DNA of 64,000 nucleotides from an uncultured delta proteobacterium (GTDB taxonomy: Bacteria; Desulfobacterota; RBG-13-43-22). The translations under genes and the position numbers were made by a program. This document shows, in pieces, positions 49,483 through 59,554 of this stretch; the stretch's first letter is position 1, and every line of letters begins with the position of its first letter. Where the stretch lies: the NCBI GenBank assembly GCA_963743305.1, contig CAVUPH010000006.1, positions 128,001 through 192,000 of the forward strand, written 5' to 3'. The notes under the pieces were generated by a model that was not told where the DNA came from, searched no databases, and saw only the letters and a program-made list of their open reading frames with translations.

Positions 49483-50142
49483 TCAGTAATCCACCCGGAC
49501 GTTCATTTGAGTCCCGTTCGCCTGATAACGACCACGGTCGGGCATCTTTCGCTGCAACGACAGGAAAGAATTGATATCCCAGCCGGGTTCATGGGAATAA
49601 AGGAGCCCCATGAAATTTCTTAGCGTACCGGTAATGCTCCCGTTCCCTCCATCGGGGTCCATCAGGGTCCCGTCCGCGGTATGCCCGAAAAAGCCCAAGG
49701 CATGGGCCGTTTCATGGGTCAGGGTATTATCCAAACCTCCCCGGCAAAATTGCTGGTTGGAATTGATGGAGACTTCCGCCCTGGAAATCCTCCCGGAGTT
49801 AAAATAGAACGTATTGGTAACACCACAAAAGCTGGTAGAACCGGCCAAAGAAAAGGAGATGCCGTCGGAAGGAGGGGAACCGACAAAAACGAAATTAACC
49901 GGTCCGGCCCAGCGGTTTACGGCTGATTCGGCACCGGGAATTCCCGCGGTATATACTTTTATCGTATTGGATTGCCAGCGAATCGTGTGGCCGTCCAATT
50001 GCTGGGCATTGTGGTCGAAAAGAAATTGGTAATCCGAGTTCGATCCTCCACCTCCGGAGTCGGAACTGCTTCCCGAACAGGACCACAGGGAAACCGACAG
50101 CAGGCCCAAGAGGATCAACTGGATGACTTTGAATGGTCTCAT
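49483..50142 (-). CDS. lipoprotein zinc metalloprotease (metzincin/matrixin-like)
   Basis: Lipobox LWSC, HETAHALGFFGH, Met-turn TLM. Confidence 0.8.
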   Translation of the reverse strand: MRPFKVIQLILLGLLSVSLWSCSGSSSDSGGGGSNSDYQFLFDHNAQQLDGHTIRWQSNTIKVYTAGIPGAESAVNRWAGPVNFVFVGSPPSDGISFSLAGSTSFCGVTNTFYFNSGRISRAEVSINSNQQFCRGGLDNTLTHETAHALGFFGHTADGTLMDPDGGNGSITGTLRNFMGLLYSHEPGWDINSFLSLQRKMPDRGRYQANGTQMNVRVDY

Positions 50143-50172
50143 CGTGAGGTTTCCATCCCGATATTAGAAAAT

Positions 50173-50250
50173 TGGGGTGAGTGAAGGGGCTCGAACCCTC
50201 GACCTCTGGGGCCACAACCCAGTGCTCTAACCAACTGAGCTACACTCACC
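50173..50250 (-). tRNA. tRNA-His (GUG)
   Basis: GGTGAGTGTAGCTCAGTTGGTTAGAGCACTGGGTTGTGGCCCCAGAGGTCGAGGGTTCGAGCCCCTTCACTCACCCCA; G-1 and encoded CCA. Confidence 0.97.
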
Positions 50251-50443
50251 ATAAGTCAAAAATAGAATATTTTACCAAAATCAATAGATTTGGCAAGGAG
50301 TTTTTTCACTTTTTCCCAACAAGCGGCATAAACTCTCCAGACCCTTTCTGCTTGACTTGCTTCAACTTTCTTTTTTATGTAGACTCATTCAGTTCGATCG
50401 TGCGATCCCTAAACCCCAACAGGCACAAAGGTCCAAAATCCAA

Positions 50444-52264
50444 ATGAAACCCTCAGACCTGCTCGAGCTTTTCAAGCGCCGCACCCGACACCCCCGACGT
50501 CCCCGTTCGGCGGATATTATCCGCGTCCTGTTTAATCACTTTAAATACTTTACTCCCGTCGGGGAATCGCTGGTTTGCGGGGAAGGTCGTTTTAACGGAA
50601 AACGGATCCTGGTCATCGGGCAGGAAAAGCCCAACTTCGAAAAACTGCGGAAATCGGAAAACATCGGGAAATTGAATTTGGGAATGCTCTCGGCGGATGA
50701 ACATTCCCAAATTTTAGGCATGTTGAACCAGGCCCGGTACATGGATGCCAACGATCTCTTCGTTCTTTGTTTGATCGACACCTACGGCGCCGATATCTCC
50801 ATGGCTTCGGCCCGTCGTTTTCAAGCCTACTTCATCAGTCACCTGATCCGGGAATTCCTGACCATACCTATCCGCACCATTTCAGTAGTCCTGGGAGAAG
50901 GCGGGAGCGGCGGCGCGCTGGCCCTGCAGATGACGGACCGCCGGGGTCAAATGGAGGACGCCCTATACGCTACCGCCCCGCCCGAATCCATGGCTTCCAT
51001 AATCTTTCGGGACGCCGGCCGTATCCAGGAAGCCCTGGAAATATCCAAACCGACGGCCAAGGATCTAAAACGGATAGGGGTCATCGACCAGATCCTTCCG
51101 GTGCCCGAGGAGGTTACCGACCTGGAGGGTTTTGCCGCCTCCATCGGCCGTTACCTTCAGAAATCGACTCAGGAGCTCTCCCGGATAAAAATCAATAAAC
51201 TGCTGGAGCAGCGGGAAAGAAGGGCCTTATCTTTCGGCCTTCCCAAGCATCAGGGCAAGGTCCATGAATTAAAAAAATTACTGGAACGCCCCTTTAAAAA
51301 GTTTTTTTATAAACTTCCCCCGGATATCCAGGTGGTCAATTTTGACGGCTTAACTCAGGTGAACGAACAGTATGCCGACTTACAGGCCCTGGAACCCCAA
51401 CAGGACTATATTCAATGCGGCCGGGAAAGAGGGCAAAATCCGCCCAGCGGCTGCGGGCAATTGATCAAACTGGAGGAATACCTGGAGAACCATCAGGTCT
51501 GCCCGCACTGCGGCCGGCGGACCGTCCTGGATGCCGGCGGCTGGATCCAGTGCCTGACGGATAAGGAGAGTTTTTTTGAGCTCAACCGGGACCTGGACGT
51601 CAGCCAATTACTGGAACCGGAGGACATGACCCCTTATTACCAGGATTTTTTGAATAAGCAGAAAAAACGGTCCCATTTTCTGGAATCCCTGGTGACGGGA
51701 GAGGCCACTCTTTACGGCCATTCGGTGATCCTGGCCATCTCGGATTTTTATTTCAGCGGCGGATCGATGGGGGTAGCCTTCGGGGAAAAATTCCGGCAGG
51801 CGGTAGATCGAGCCATCGAAAAAAAATATCCCTTCATCACTTTGTGCTGCTCTGGCGGCGCCCGACTCTATGAAGGAATCCTGGCTTTGATGCAGATGGT
51901 AAAGACCATCGCCTCCCTGCAACGGCTGAAACGGGAGGGCCTGCCCTTTATTTCCATCCTGGGCGATCCCTCCACCGGCGGCGCCATCGCCAGCTTTGCT
52001 TCCCTGGGAGACGTGATCATTGCCGAGCCCAATGCCCTGGTTATTTTCACCGGTCCCCGGGTTATGAAATCCAGAGGCTTCGAAGTGGACGAAAAATTGA
52101 TCCGCTCCGATTCCCTGTGCGCCCTTTCCGGTCTCATTTTTCAATACCCGAACTTTTTCTACGGCATTCGCGGGATCCACACCGTGACGGAAAGAAAAGA
52201 CTTGAAGCGGGAATTGGTTAAATATATCGAATTTTATTACCGGAACCTGCCCGCTGTTCGTTGA
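50444..52264 (+). CDS. acetyl-CoA carboxylase carboxyltransferase, fused alpha-beta
   Basis: N-half IDTYGA, GEGGSGGALA (AccA); C-half VCPHCG, GGSMG, SGGARLYEG, PSTGG (AccD). Confidence 0.9.
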   Translation: MKPSDLLELFKRRTRHPRRPRSADIIRVLFNHFKYFTPVGESLVCGEGRFNGKRILVIGQEKPNFEKLRKSENIGKLNLGMLSADEHSQILGMLNQARYMDANDLFVLCLIDTYGADISMASARRFQAYFISHLIREFLTIPIRTISVVLGEGGSGGALALQMTDRRGQMEDALYATAPPESMASIIFRDAGRIQEALEISKPTAKDLKRIGVIDQILPVPEEVTDLEGFAASIGRYLQKSTQELSRIKINKLLEQRERRALSFGLPKHQGKVHELKKLLERPFKKFFYKLPPDIQVVNFDGLTQVNEQYADLQALEPQQDYIQCGRERGQNPPSGCGQLIKLEEYLENHQVCPHCGRRTVLDAGGWIQCLTDKESFFELNRDLDVSQLLEPEDMTPYYQDFLNKQKKRSHFLESLVTGEATLYGHSVILAISDFYFSGGSMGVAFGEKFRQAVDRAIEKKYPFITLCCSGGARLYEGILALMQMVKTIASLQRLKREGLPFISILGDPSTGGAIASFASLGDVIIAEPNALVIFTGPRVMKSRGFEVDEKLIRSDSLCALSGLIFQYPNFFYGIRGIHTVTERKDLKRELVKYIEFYYRNLPAVR

Positions 52265-52277
52265 GTTGTAGATCCTG

Positions 52278-52925
52278 ATGCCTCCTCTGGACCCGAATGA
52301 CACTTCCCTCTACCGGGAAGTCGACAAAATTCCCCCGGAATACTGGGAGGAATTGAACCACCAATCCCCCGAGGACGTCTGCCGGCGGTCCTGGGTAACC
52401 CATGACCCCGATACCGGCTATGCCCTCCCCTTTTTGAACGATCGCCTGCTTTGCCGACCGGATACCCGCCGACTGCAGTGGGAGAAGGTTCCCGAAAGAA
52501 GTCCGAGTTTTCAGGAAGCGCTGGTTTCGCTGATCTACCTCCTCCGGACCCGGGAAATCCCGCTTTCGGGAATAAAGGTGAACGAGAAAGCGTTAAACGG
52601 CGGGCCTCTTTTTTTCCGCGGGCCCCATGCCCTTTCCAAAGAACCCTTGGAAAAAAAATTTGCCCGGGATCCGCGGGGATTTCTGCAGGCCGGACTTACC
52701 CTGGGGGGAATAGCCACTCATCAAGGGGATGGGGCATTTGAACTGCGCGCCCTCCCCCGAATTTCTTTGGAGTATATTCTTTATGCGGAAGACGACGAAT
52801 TCCCGGCCCAACTGATCATTACCTTTGACCGGACGATCGATCGCCATTTGCCGTTAGACGTAATCTGGGCCTTGGTCAACGTCACCACCCGAAGCATTCT
52901 GAAGGCCGGGGAAGGCGGACCATAA
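52278..52925 (+). CDS. DUF3786-like protein
   Basis: GGPLFFRGPH, LPRI, DDEFPA, HLPLDVIWAL. Confidence 0.8.
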   Translation: MPPLDPNDTSLYREVDKIPPEYWEELNHQSPEDVCRRSWVTHDPDTGYALPFLNDRLLCRPDTRRLQWEKVPERSPSFQEALVSLIYLLRTREIPLSGIKVNEKALNGGPLFFRGPHALSKEPLEKKFARDPRGFLQAGLTLGGIATHQGDGAFELRALPRISLEYILYAEDDEFPAQLIITFDRTIDRHLPLDVIWALVNVTTRSILKAGEGGP

Positions 52926-52969
52926 GCGCCAGATTTATTGCTCCGGATCGACTGTAGAAGGGTCATTGA

Positions 52970-53237
52970 AAAAGATGAACGTCGAACATCGAACGTCCAA
53001 CATCCAACATCGAATCTTGATGACCTCGCAAAAAGTCACCAGGGCAGTCATTGCGAGGAGTGAAGCGACGAAGCAATCCCCAATAATCAGCTACTGGCCA
53101 AGACGGAGATTGCTTCCCCGGATCAGGTCCGGGGTCGCTATTACGGTTTTTCCGATTTTTTGCAAAACCATCAATCTTTAATGGGATTTTATTTCTTGAT
53201 TCGATGTTGGACGTTCGATGTTCGATGTTCATCTTTT
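52970..53237. repeat. three-layer nested inverted-repeat element
   Basis: Outer 7-mer arrays; middle TTGATGACCTCGCAAAAAGTC/TTTTTTGCAAAACCATCAA (53017-53174); inner R3 (53047-53144). Confidence 0.88.
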
Positions 53238-53262
53238 AAAATGCACTAAAGGGCATATAAGA

Positions 53263-54159
53263 ATGAAACAATCCATGAACGATTACTCCCCTTTTCTAAT
53301 CGAACTCCCCCAACCGTTCCCTGGGCTGGAACGGTTTATCGGGGCCTGGGTTATACCCGGTCCACCAACTATCGTGGTGGACGTAGGCCCCAGATCCTCG
53401 ATCCAGGGGCTCATTCAGGATCTGAAAGCCCGAGGGCTGGAACAGATCGATTATGTGTTGCTCTCCCACATTCACATCGATCATGCCGGCGGCCTGGGGC
53501 CTTTCTTAGCTGAATTTCCCCTGGCCATGGCCGTCTGCCAGGCCCAAGGCCGGAAGCATTTGCTGGACCCCGGTAAATTGTGGGAAGGAAGTGTAAAAAC
53601 CCTGAAAGAGATGGCCTGGGCCTATGGGTCCATAGAGCCGGTCCCGGAAGAGCGCTTAATCGATCATCTGGATTTTTCCCTTCCGGGTTTGACCATCCTG
53701 GAAACGCCGGGACATGCGCCCCATCATTTGAGCTTCGTTTATCAGGAAAGGCTTTTCGCCGGTGAGGGGGCCGGGATCTATCTCCCTTTCCGAGACGGGC
53801 CTTATCTCCGACCCCCTACCCCACCCCGGTTCTTTTTTGATCAGGCTGTGGCCAGTGTCGACCAAATGCTGGCTTTAGCAGACCGGCCCATCTTTTTTGC
53901 TCATTTGGGCGCATTTCCCCATAGCCGGGAAATCCTGGGCGAATACCGGCAGCAGCTCTACCGCTGGCTGGATGCTACCCGGCAGGCCCTGGAATCCCAC
54001 CCCGACGATCCGCTGGAAGCGGCCGCCACAGCGCTGTTGGATCAGGACCCCTGTCTGAAAAATTTCCGATTGCTGGATGAAAAGGCCCAACAGCGGGAGC
54101 GCACCTTCATGCAAAACAGCCTGGCCGGCTTTGCGGGTTATTTGCGGGACCGGTCTTAG
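53263..54159 (+). CDS. MBL-fold metallo-hydrolase
   Basis: SHIHIDHAGG, TPGHAPHH. Confidence 0.92.
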   Translation: MKQSMNDYSPFLIELPQPFPGLERFIGAWVIPGPPTIVVDVGPRSSIQGLIQDLKARGLEQIDYVLLSHIHIDHAGGLGPFLAEFPLAMAVCQAQGRKHLLDPGKLWEGSVKTLKEMAWAYGSIEPVPEERLIDHLDFSLPGLTILETPGHAPHHLSFVYQERLFAGEGAGIYLPFRDGPYLRPPTPPRFFFDQAVASVDQMLALADRPIFFAHLGAFPHSREILGEYRQQLYRWLDATRQALESHPDDPLEAAATALLDQDPCLKNFRLLDEKAQQRERTFMQNSLAGFAGYLRDRS

Positions 54160-54236
54160 GTGCTTATTCCATTATTCTGAGAATTTGTCTTTAAATCTGT
54201 TCAGTGGTTTTTATTACAGCCAAAAATATTTCAAAT
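54157..54236. repeat. Repeat family R2, internally deleted copy
   Basis: TAGGTGCTTATTCCATTATTCTGAGAATTTGTC...TTTTATTACAGCCAAAAATATTTC. Confidence 0.7.
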
Positions 54237-54262
54237 CTTTTCGGCTGGTTTTGAGGTGGGCA

Positions 54263-55048
54263 ATGGATAAAGCAGGGATAAGGGAAACTGCCCGGCAATG
54301 GTTCAAAGACCTGGCTCCCGTTATCCTCGTCTTGTCTTTCTCCCTTGTTTTTCAGCTTTTTTGGGGGAACCCCCCTTCTACGGACGGCTGGAGGGTGGTC
54401 TACCGGGTAATTCTTCGATTTTTCCGCTATGCCGTTTTTCTCTGCCTCCCCCTCTACCTGGTAAAACCCATCTACAACTCGGTTCTTAAGAAGAAAAGTC
54501 TGATTTTAGTCCAGATCGAGCCCGCCGGGAGATTAACTATCAGCCGCCTTACGCATTGGCTTTTCCGGCCGTTTCAAGGTATCGGGATAGCCTTTATTTT
54601 TGCTACCAAGCTGTTGGCCGTCATCCAAATAATCTCCGGCCCTTCTCCGAACTCTTCTGTTCCCTTTACCCCCGGTCATTTTCAGACGGGTAGACTTCTG
54701 GTCGCTGCGGGTATCACCATAGTAATCTCCCTCCTGTTATCCACCCTCTGGACTTTTGACGATCTCGGGGTTCGGTACCATAACCGGAGGGATCAAGAGC
54801 TGAAGATGGTCGGGAAGTATATCGGGACTCTGATGCCGACAGTTTTCGGGCTTTATGGAATTTTCAGCCTCTACGCCCATTATCCCGGAGAAGGTGCCCT
54901 TATCCATGTCTTTCGAATTATCATCGCCTTGTATCCCCCGCTGGTATTCTTTGCCGTCATTCATACTTATTTTATCAGGAGCAGGCTCGAATATTTTTCC
55001 GGAAGGGTTCCCCTCATGAAAGGAGGGATTTGGCGGGGTCAAGAGTGA
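54263..55048 (+). CDS. hypothetical membrane protein
   Basis: ~6 hydrophobic segments; GAGG RBS. Confidence 0.75.
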   Translation: MDKAGIRETARQWFKDLAPVILVLSFSLVFQLFWGNPPSTDGWRVVYRVILRFFRYAVFLCLPLYLVKPIYNSVLKKKSLILVQIEPAGRLTISRLTHWLFRPFQGIGIAFIFATKLLAVIQIISGPSPNSSVPFTPGHFQTGRLLVAAGITIVISLLLSTLWTFDDLGVRYHNRRDQELKMVGKYIGTLMPTVFGLYGIFSLYAHYPGEGALIHVFRIIIALYPPLVFFAVIHTYFIRSRLEYFSGRVPLMKGGIWRGQE

Positions 55049-55082
55049 GACGGTGAACCAAAAAAGGCCCGCCAAGGCGGGA

Positions 55083-55143
55083 GGAAAACCCTTTCGCCGA
55101 TACCCGACGGCCACGGAGGCCCAATTCCAGGTTAATCTACCCG
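55083..55143. repeat. Repeat family R1 fragment C
   Basis: GGAAAACCCTTTCGCCGA...ACGGCCACGGA...CAGGTTAATCTACCC matches 56689-56748. Confidence 0.8.
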
Positions 55144-55232
55144 GATTGTACCCGCCCATTTACAAACCCAGGAAAGCCGATTAATATAGGAAAATAGCAT
55201 TCTATAGTTGCCTTACTAAAGGAGGTACTCTC

Positions 55233-55604
55233 ATGAGCGAGCAAAATAAAAAACTGGTTTTTGTGGTAACGGCTGCGGAAGAGAGCCCGGAAAAGGCCAC
55301 GATCCCCTTCGTCCTGGGGAACACCGCCTTGGCGATGGATTCCGAACCGATTATTATTCTTCAGATGACGGGCGTCTATTTGGGCATGAAGAATTACGCC
55401 CGCCACGTCCACGCGGCCGGTTTCCCGCCGTTGCAGGAACTGATCGATTTGTATCTGGAGGGCGGCGGGATCATCTATGTCTGCGAACCCTGCATCAAGG
55501 CCCGGCAAATCCTCCCCGAGGACCTGATACCCGCCGCTAAGATTGTAGCCGGCGCCACCCTGGTGGACGCCTTTTTAGAGGCTCAGAATGTAATGGTCTA
55601 TTAA
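55233..55604 (+). CDS. DsrE family protein
   Basis: EKATIPF, TGVYL, IYVCEPC. Confidence 0.88.
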   Translation: MSEQNKKLVFVVTAAEESPEKATIPFVLGNTALAMDSEPIIILQMTGVYLGMKNYARHVHAAGFPPLQELIDLYLEGGGIIYVCEPCIKARQILPEDLIPAAKIVAGATLVDAFLEAQNVMVY

Positions 55605-55644
55605 TCCCCCTGCCCGCGACGGGCACCCCAAGCCTGAAAATATT

Positions 55645-56427
55645 TTATAATAAAAACTCCAGCACCGCCTGGTTGAAGCCCTTGGCCTGCTCTACGTTGG
55701 AGAGGTGGCGGGCGCCCGGCAAAATTACCAGCTTCGAATCAACCAGATGCTCTTGAATGGCCCGGGCGGCACTGACCGGCGTCCCCGAATCGTCCTCACC
55801 GACCACAATCAGCGTGGGGATTTTGATCTGCCCGAGTTTCTCCAAATAGTCCAGCTCCCTGATCGCCTGGCTGCAGCCTACGTAGCCGTTGATCGATGTT
55901 TTCAGGAATTGACAGCGTATTTTTTCCAGAATGGGCGGGCCTTGCCTGACAAAGTCCGGAGTAAACCACCGTTCGAGGGTCGGTTCCAGTAAGGGAGCCA
56001 ACCCCTCTTTCCGAACCAGTTCGATCCGTTCCTGCCAGATATCCCTGGAACCGGGTGGATTGGCGGCCGCTGTGTCACATAAGGTGAGGCTCACCAGTCT
56101 GTCCGGGTAATATAACCCCAGGGCCTGCCCGATCATCCCCCCCATGGACAATCCAACAAAATGGATCTTGGCCAGGCCCAGTTCGTCCAGAAGCCTGACC
56201 ACATCTTCGGCCAATAGCTCAAAGGTATACGGCCCGGCCACCGCCTCGCTCCCCCCGTGTCCGCGGGTATCATAGCGTAAGACCTGGAAATGAGACTCCA
56301 GCGCCGGCCGTTGCGGCTCCCACATAACCAAGCCGGACCCGAGGGAATGGCTGAGCACCACCACCGGCGCCCCTTCCTTACCGGTTACTTCATAATTCAA
56401 TAAAATTCCGTTGGCCTTGACCTGCAT
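55645..56427 (-). CDS. pcaD: 3-oxoadipate enol-lactonase-like alpha/beta hydrolase
   Basis: LRYDTRGHG, GLSMGG, RWFT, HLSNVEQ. Confidence 0.85.
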   Translation of the reverse strand: MQVKANGILLNYEVTGKEGAPVVVLSHSLGSGLVMWEPQRPALESHFQVLRYDTRGHGGSEAVAGPYTFELLAEDVVRLLDELGLAKIHFVGLSMGGMIGQALGLYYPDRLVSLTLCDTAAANPPGSRDIWQERIELVRKEGLAPLLEPTLERWFTPDFVRQGPPILEKIRCQFLKTSINGYVGCSQAIRELDYLEKLGQIKIPTLIVVGEDDSGTPVSAARAIQEHLVDSKLVILPGARHLSNVEQAKGFNQAVLEFLL

Positions 56428-56470
56428 GGGCTTCCTTTCAATTTTTCCTTCACTTTATTAATTTTGACGC

Positions 56471-56779
56471 TTCGCCCTTTTAGGTGGGCATCCCCTAGAT
56501 CGGGTATGGCTGTGGGGTCTCGGCGAAAGGGTTTTCCAAAGGTGCTCCGGACTTCGAATTCGGGCCTAACTTACTAATTTTATTTAAAGCAGGCCCATAC
56601 TCCGAGTATTTTGATGTCTTCTCGGCTGGCCCTGCCTCCTGGAAAATTTGAAAGTAAGAGGGCCGGGTTAGAACCTAAAAAGCAATATGGAAAACCCTTT
56701 CGCCGAGACTCCACGGCCACGGAAGCCGGATTTCAGGTTAATCTACCCTATCTTGTAGCCACCCACCCAAAAGGGCGAA
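56471..56779. repeat. Repeat family R1 copy D (complete)
   Basis: Outer IR TTCGCCCTTTTAGGTGGG/CCCACCCAAAAGGGCGAA; inner IR 56507-56538/56688-56719. Confidence 0.9.
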
Positions 56780-56798
56780 CAACCTTAATTTTTCCCGA

Positions 56799-57398
56799 TC
56801 AGTAATAATACGAAAATCCGATTAGATAAACCAGACTCTGAATGCCTCCATTGGGTTTCTTAATATCCGCGTTGGAAACATGGCGATATCGAAAGGAGGT
56901 GTTGACCACCCAATGACTTCCTAGAAAATAGAGGAGGCCGAGACCGCCTTGACTGTCGAAATTAAACTGGGTGGATTGGCTATCCGTAGACCAGGTCATG
57001 TAGTAAGGCCCGGTTCCCACTTCAATGAAAGGATAAAGCTTCTCAGTAAGCGGGAACCCATACTTGAGGAAGAAGGCCAAACCGAACTCCATAGTATCAT
57101 TAGGTTGGAGATTGTAACCGAAATGGGGCTCACACACCAACTCCAGCAAACCCTTGGGTTCCCATCCCAACTTCTTGCCCAAGGGTCTGAGGTCAAAACC
57201 AAAACGAACGCCTAAGGGGATAAACTCTAAGGTTTTTTGCCTTTCTAAATCCCCCTTCCCATATCCGGTAAAAAATCCAACTTCTTGAAGCCCTAAGCCC
57301 AAACCTCCCGCGGCTTCTTGGGGAAAAGCTCCGCCGGAGATAAAAAAAATCCCACCCAAAAACAGCAGCGTGGAGAGTTCTCGAATCGTTTTCCTCAT
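56799..57398 (-). CDS. PagL-like lipid A deacylase
   Basis: Signal peptide, YPFIEVGTG, FNF, YRHVSNA. Confidence 0.85.
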   Translation of the reverse strand: MRKTIRELSTLLFLGGIFFISGGAFPQEAAGGLGLGLQEVGFFTGYGKGDLERQKTLEFIPLGVRFGFDLRPLGKKLGWEPKGLLELVCEPHFGYNLQPNDTMEFGLAFFLKYGFPLTEKLYPFIEVGTGPYYMTWSTDSQSTQFNFDSQGGLGLLYFLGSHWVVNTSFRYRHVSNADIKKPNGGIQSLVYLIGFSYYY

Positions 57399-57618
57399 AG
57401 TTCCTGCCCAAAATCTCCTTTTGGTATTTCATCAACCCATCTTCCCAAATCCCAAACAAGCCGACTCGGGACGTTCCGCCAAAACCTTCACGACCCTATT
57501 GAGAAAATCGTCAAGAAAGCGTTGGCTATCGACCTGGCCGAGGTGATCCCTTAAAACTCCCTCGGTTTCATCCTCCCTGAACGCCGCCAATGCACCGAAA
57601 CTGAGCCGGCCTCGCAGA

Positions 57619-59524
57619 TCAGCCGCCTTCGAGGTTGGTCTTTTTATCCAGCTCCTCCCAGCGAAGGTAAGCCTGTTCGATATCACGCTCCACTTCGGCC
57701 AACCGGGTCTTAATCTTTAAAGCCTCTTCCTTCCCCTTTTTGTAAAACAAAGGGTCGGCGCTGGCCCCATAGAGTCTTTGCTGCTCCGATTCCAGGACGC
57801 TGATGCGTTGAGGCAGTCCTTCAAACTCCCGCTTTTCGTTGAATCCCAGTTTCCAGGGTTTCAGCGGTTTAGGCTTTTGAGCCGATTTTCCCCCGGCCTT
57901 TCTTCCCGGAACGGGGCGCCTCTTTCGGCTCCGGCCTTTGAAGCAGCCAGTCGTCGTATCCGCCGGCATATTCGCTGACCCGCCCATTTTCTTCGAAAAC
58001 GAGGGTGCTGGTAACCACTTGATTTAAAAAGGTCCGATCATGACTTACCAGCAAAAGGGTCCCTTGAAAGTCGAAGAGCAGCTCCTCCAACAGTTCCAGG
58101 GTTTCGGCATCCAGGTCGTTGGTCGGTTCGTCCAGCACCAGTACATTGGCCGGCTGGGTAAAAAGCTTGGCCAGCAGGAGCCTGTTTTTTTCTCCCCCGG
58201 AAAGGACCTGTACCGGCGTGCGGATTTTCTCCGCAGAAAAGAGAAAATCCCTTAGATAGCCGATCACGTGGCGCTGCTGCCCGTTCAGCAGGACAAAGTC
58301 ATTCTCCTGACCGATATTTTCCAAGACCGTCTTTTGTTCATCGAGCGGGATCCTGAGCTGGTCGAAATAGGCGATCTGCAGGTGAGTGCCGTGGCGAACG
58401 CTCCCGGACTGGGGGGCCAGGTTTTTCAAAAGGATATTCAGCAGGGTGGTCTTGCCCGCCCCATTGGGCCCGATAATTCCCACCTTGTCCCCGCGCATGA
58501 TCAGGGTGGAAAAATCCCGGACCACGGGGCTTTTCCCATAGGCAAAGCTCACCCGGTTGGCCTCGATAACCAGTTTTCCGGTCTTTTCCGCTTCCTGAAG
58601 CCGCAGTTTGACATTGCCTATTTTCCCGCGGCGGGCCCGGAGGGCTTCGCGCATCCGCAACAAGGCCTGGACCCGCCCCTCGTTTCTGGTTCGCCGGGCC
58701 TTGACACCCTGTCTGATCCAGGCCTCCTCCTGGGAAAGTTTTTTGTCGAACTGGTCATTTTGGTTTTCTTCGGCTTGCAAGACCGCCTGTCTACGTTCGA
58801 GATAAGTCCCATAGTCACAGTCATAGGAGAACAGGCGACCTCGATCCAGTTCCAACACCCGGGTGGCTATTTTTTTCAGAAAAGCCCGGTCATGGGTCAC
58901 AAAGAGCAGGGTCTTCACATAGCGCAGGATAAAGCCCTCCAACCATAAGATGGTCTCGATATCCAGATGGTTGGTGGGCTCATCCAGCAGCAGAATGTCC
59001 GGCTCCAGGGCCAGGGCCCGGGCGAAAAGCGCGCGGCGTTTCATCCCCGCGGAAAGGTCGGCGAATTGGGCTTCAGGGGGAAGATGGGTCCTGGACAAAA
59101 TAGTCTCGATCCGTTGAGAAAGAGCTACCCAATCCTCGGACCCCGAGAGGTCGGCCGGTTCATCCCAGCTTTCAGGAACGCCCGGGATTCCCCCGGATTC
59201 AGGTCTTAGGCCGATACGGTGGTATTCGGACAGGCCCGGCCCTTTCGGACCCAGGCCGCCGGCCACCACCTCGAAGATCGTTCCCTCGAATTCCCGGGGG
59301 ACAACCTGGTCCAGGGCAGAAACGGTGAGGCCTTGCTGACGCCATACTTCCCCACTGTCCGGAAGGATTACTCCGTTCAAAAGCTTGAGCAGGGTAGACT
59401 TTCCTTCCCCGTTGCGACCCAAAAGACAGATACGCTCCCCTTTTTCGATCTGAAAGGTGATATTTTCAAGCAGCGGGGGCTTTGAGAATCCCCAGCACAG
59501 ATCTCGTGCGCCGATTAAAGCCAT
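57619..59524 (-). CDS. uup: ABC-F ATPase Uup; apparent frameshift at ~57890-57917
   Basis: Two ABC cassettes, WIRQGVKARRTRN; C-terminal KLGFNEKRE...YLRWEEL in adjacent frame. Confidence 0.88.
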
Positions 59525-59554
59525 TCCTTAACCTTCTTTATCTGGGATAATATA

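Noticed and set aside
49041-50250. Genomic island integrated at tRNA-His
   Set aside because: No integrase and no duplicated tRNA 3' end seen.
57432-57618. Possible small gene between uup and the PagL-like gene
   Set aside because: No convincing start or recognisable motif; at most a remnant.
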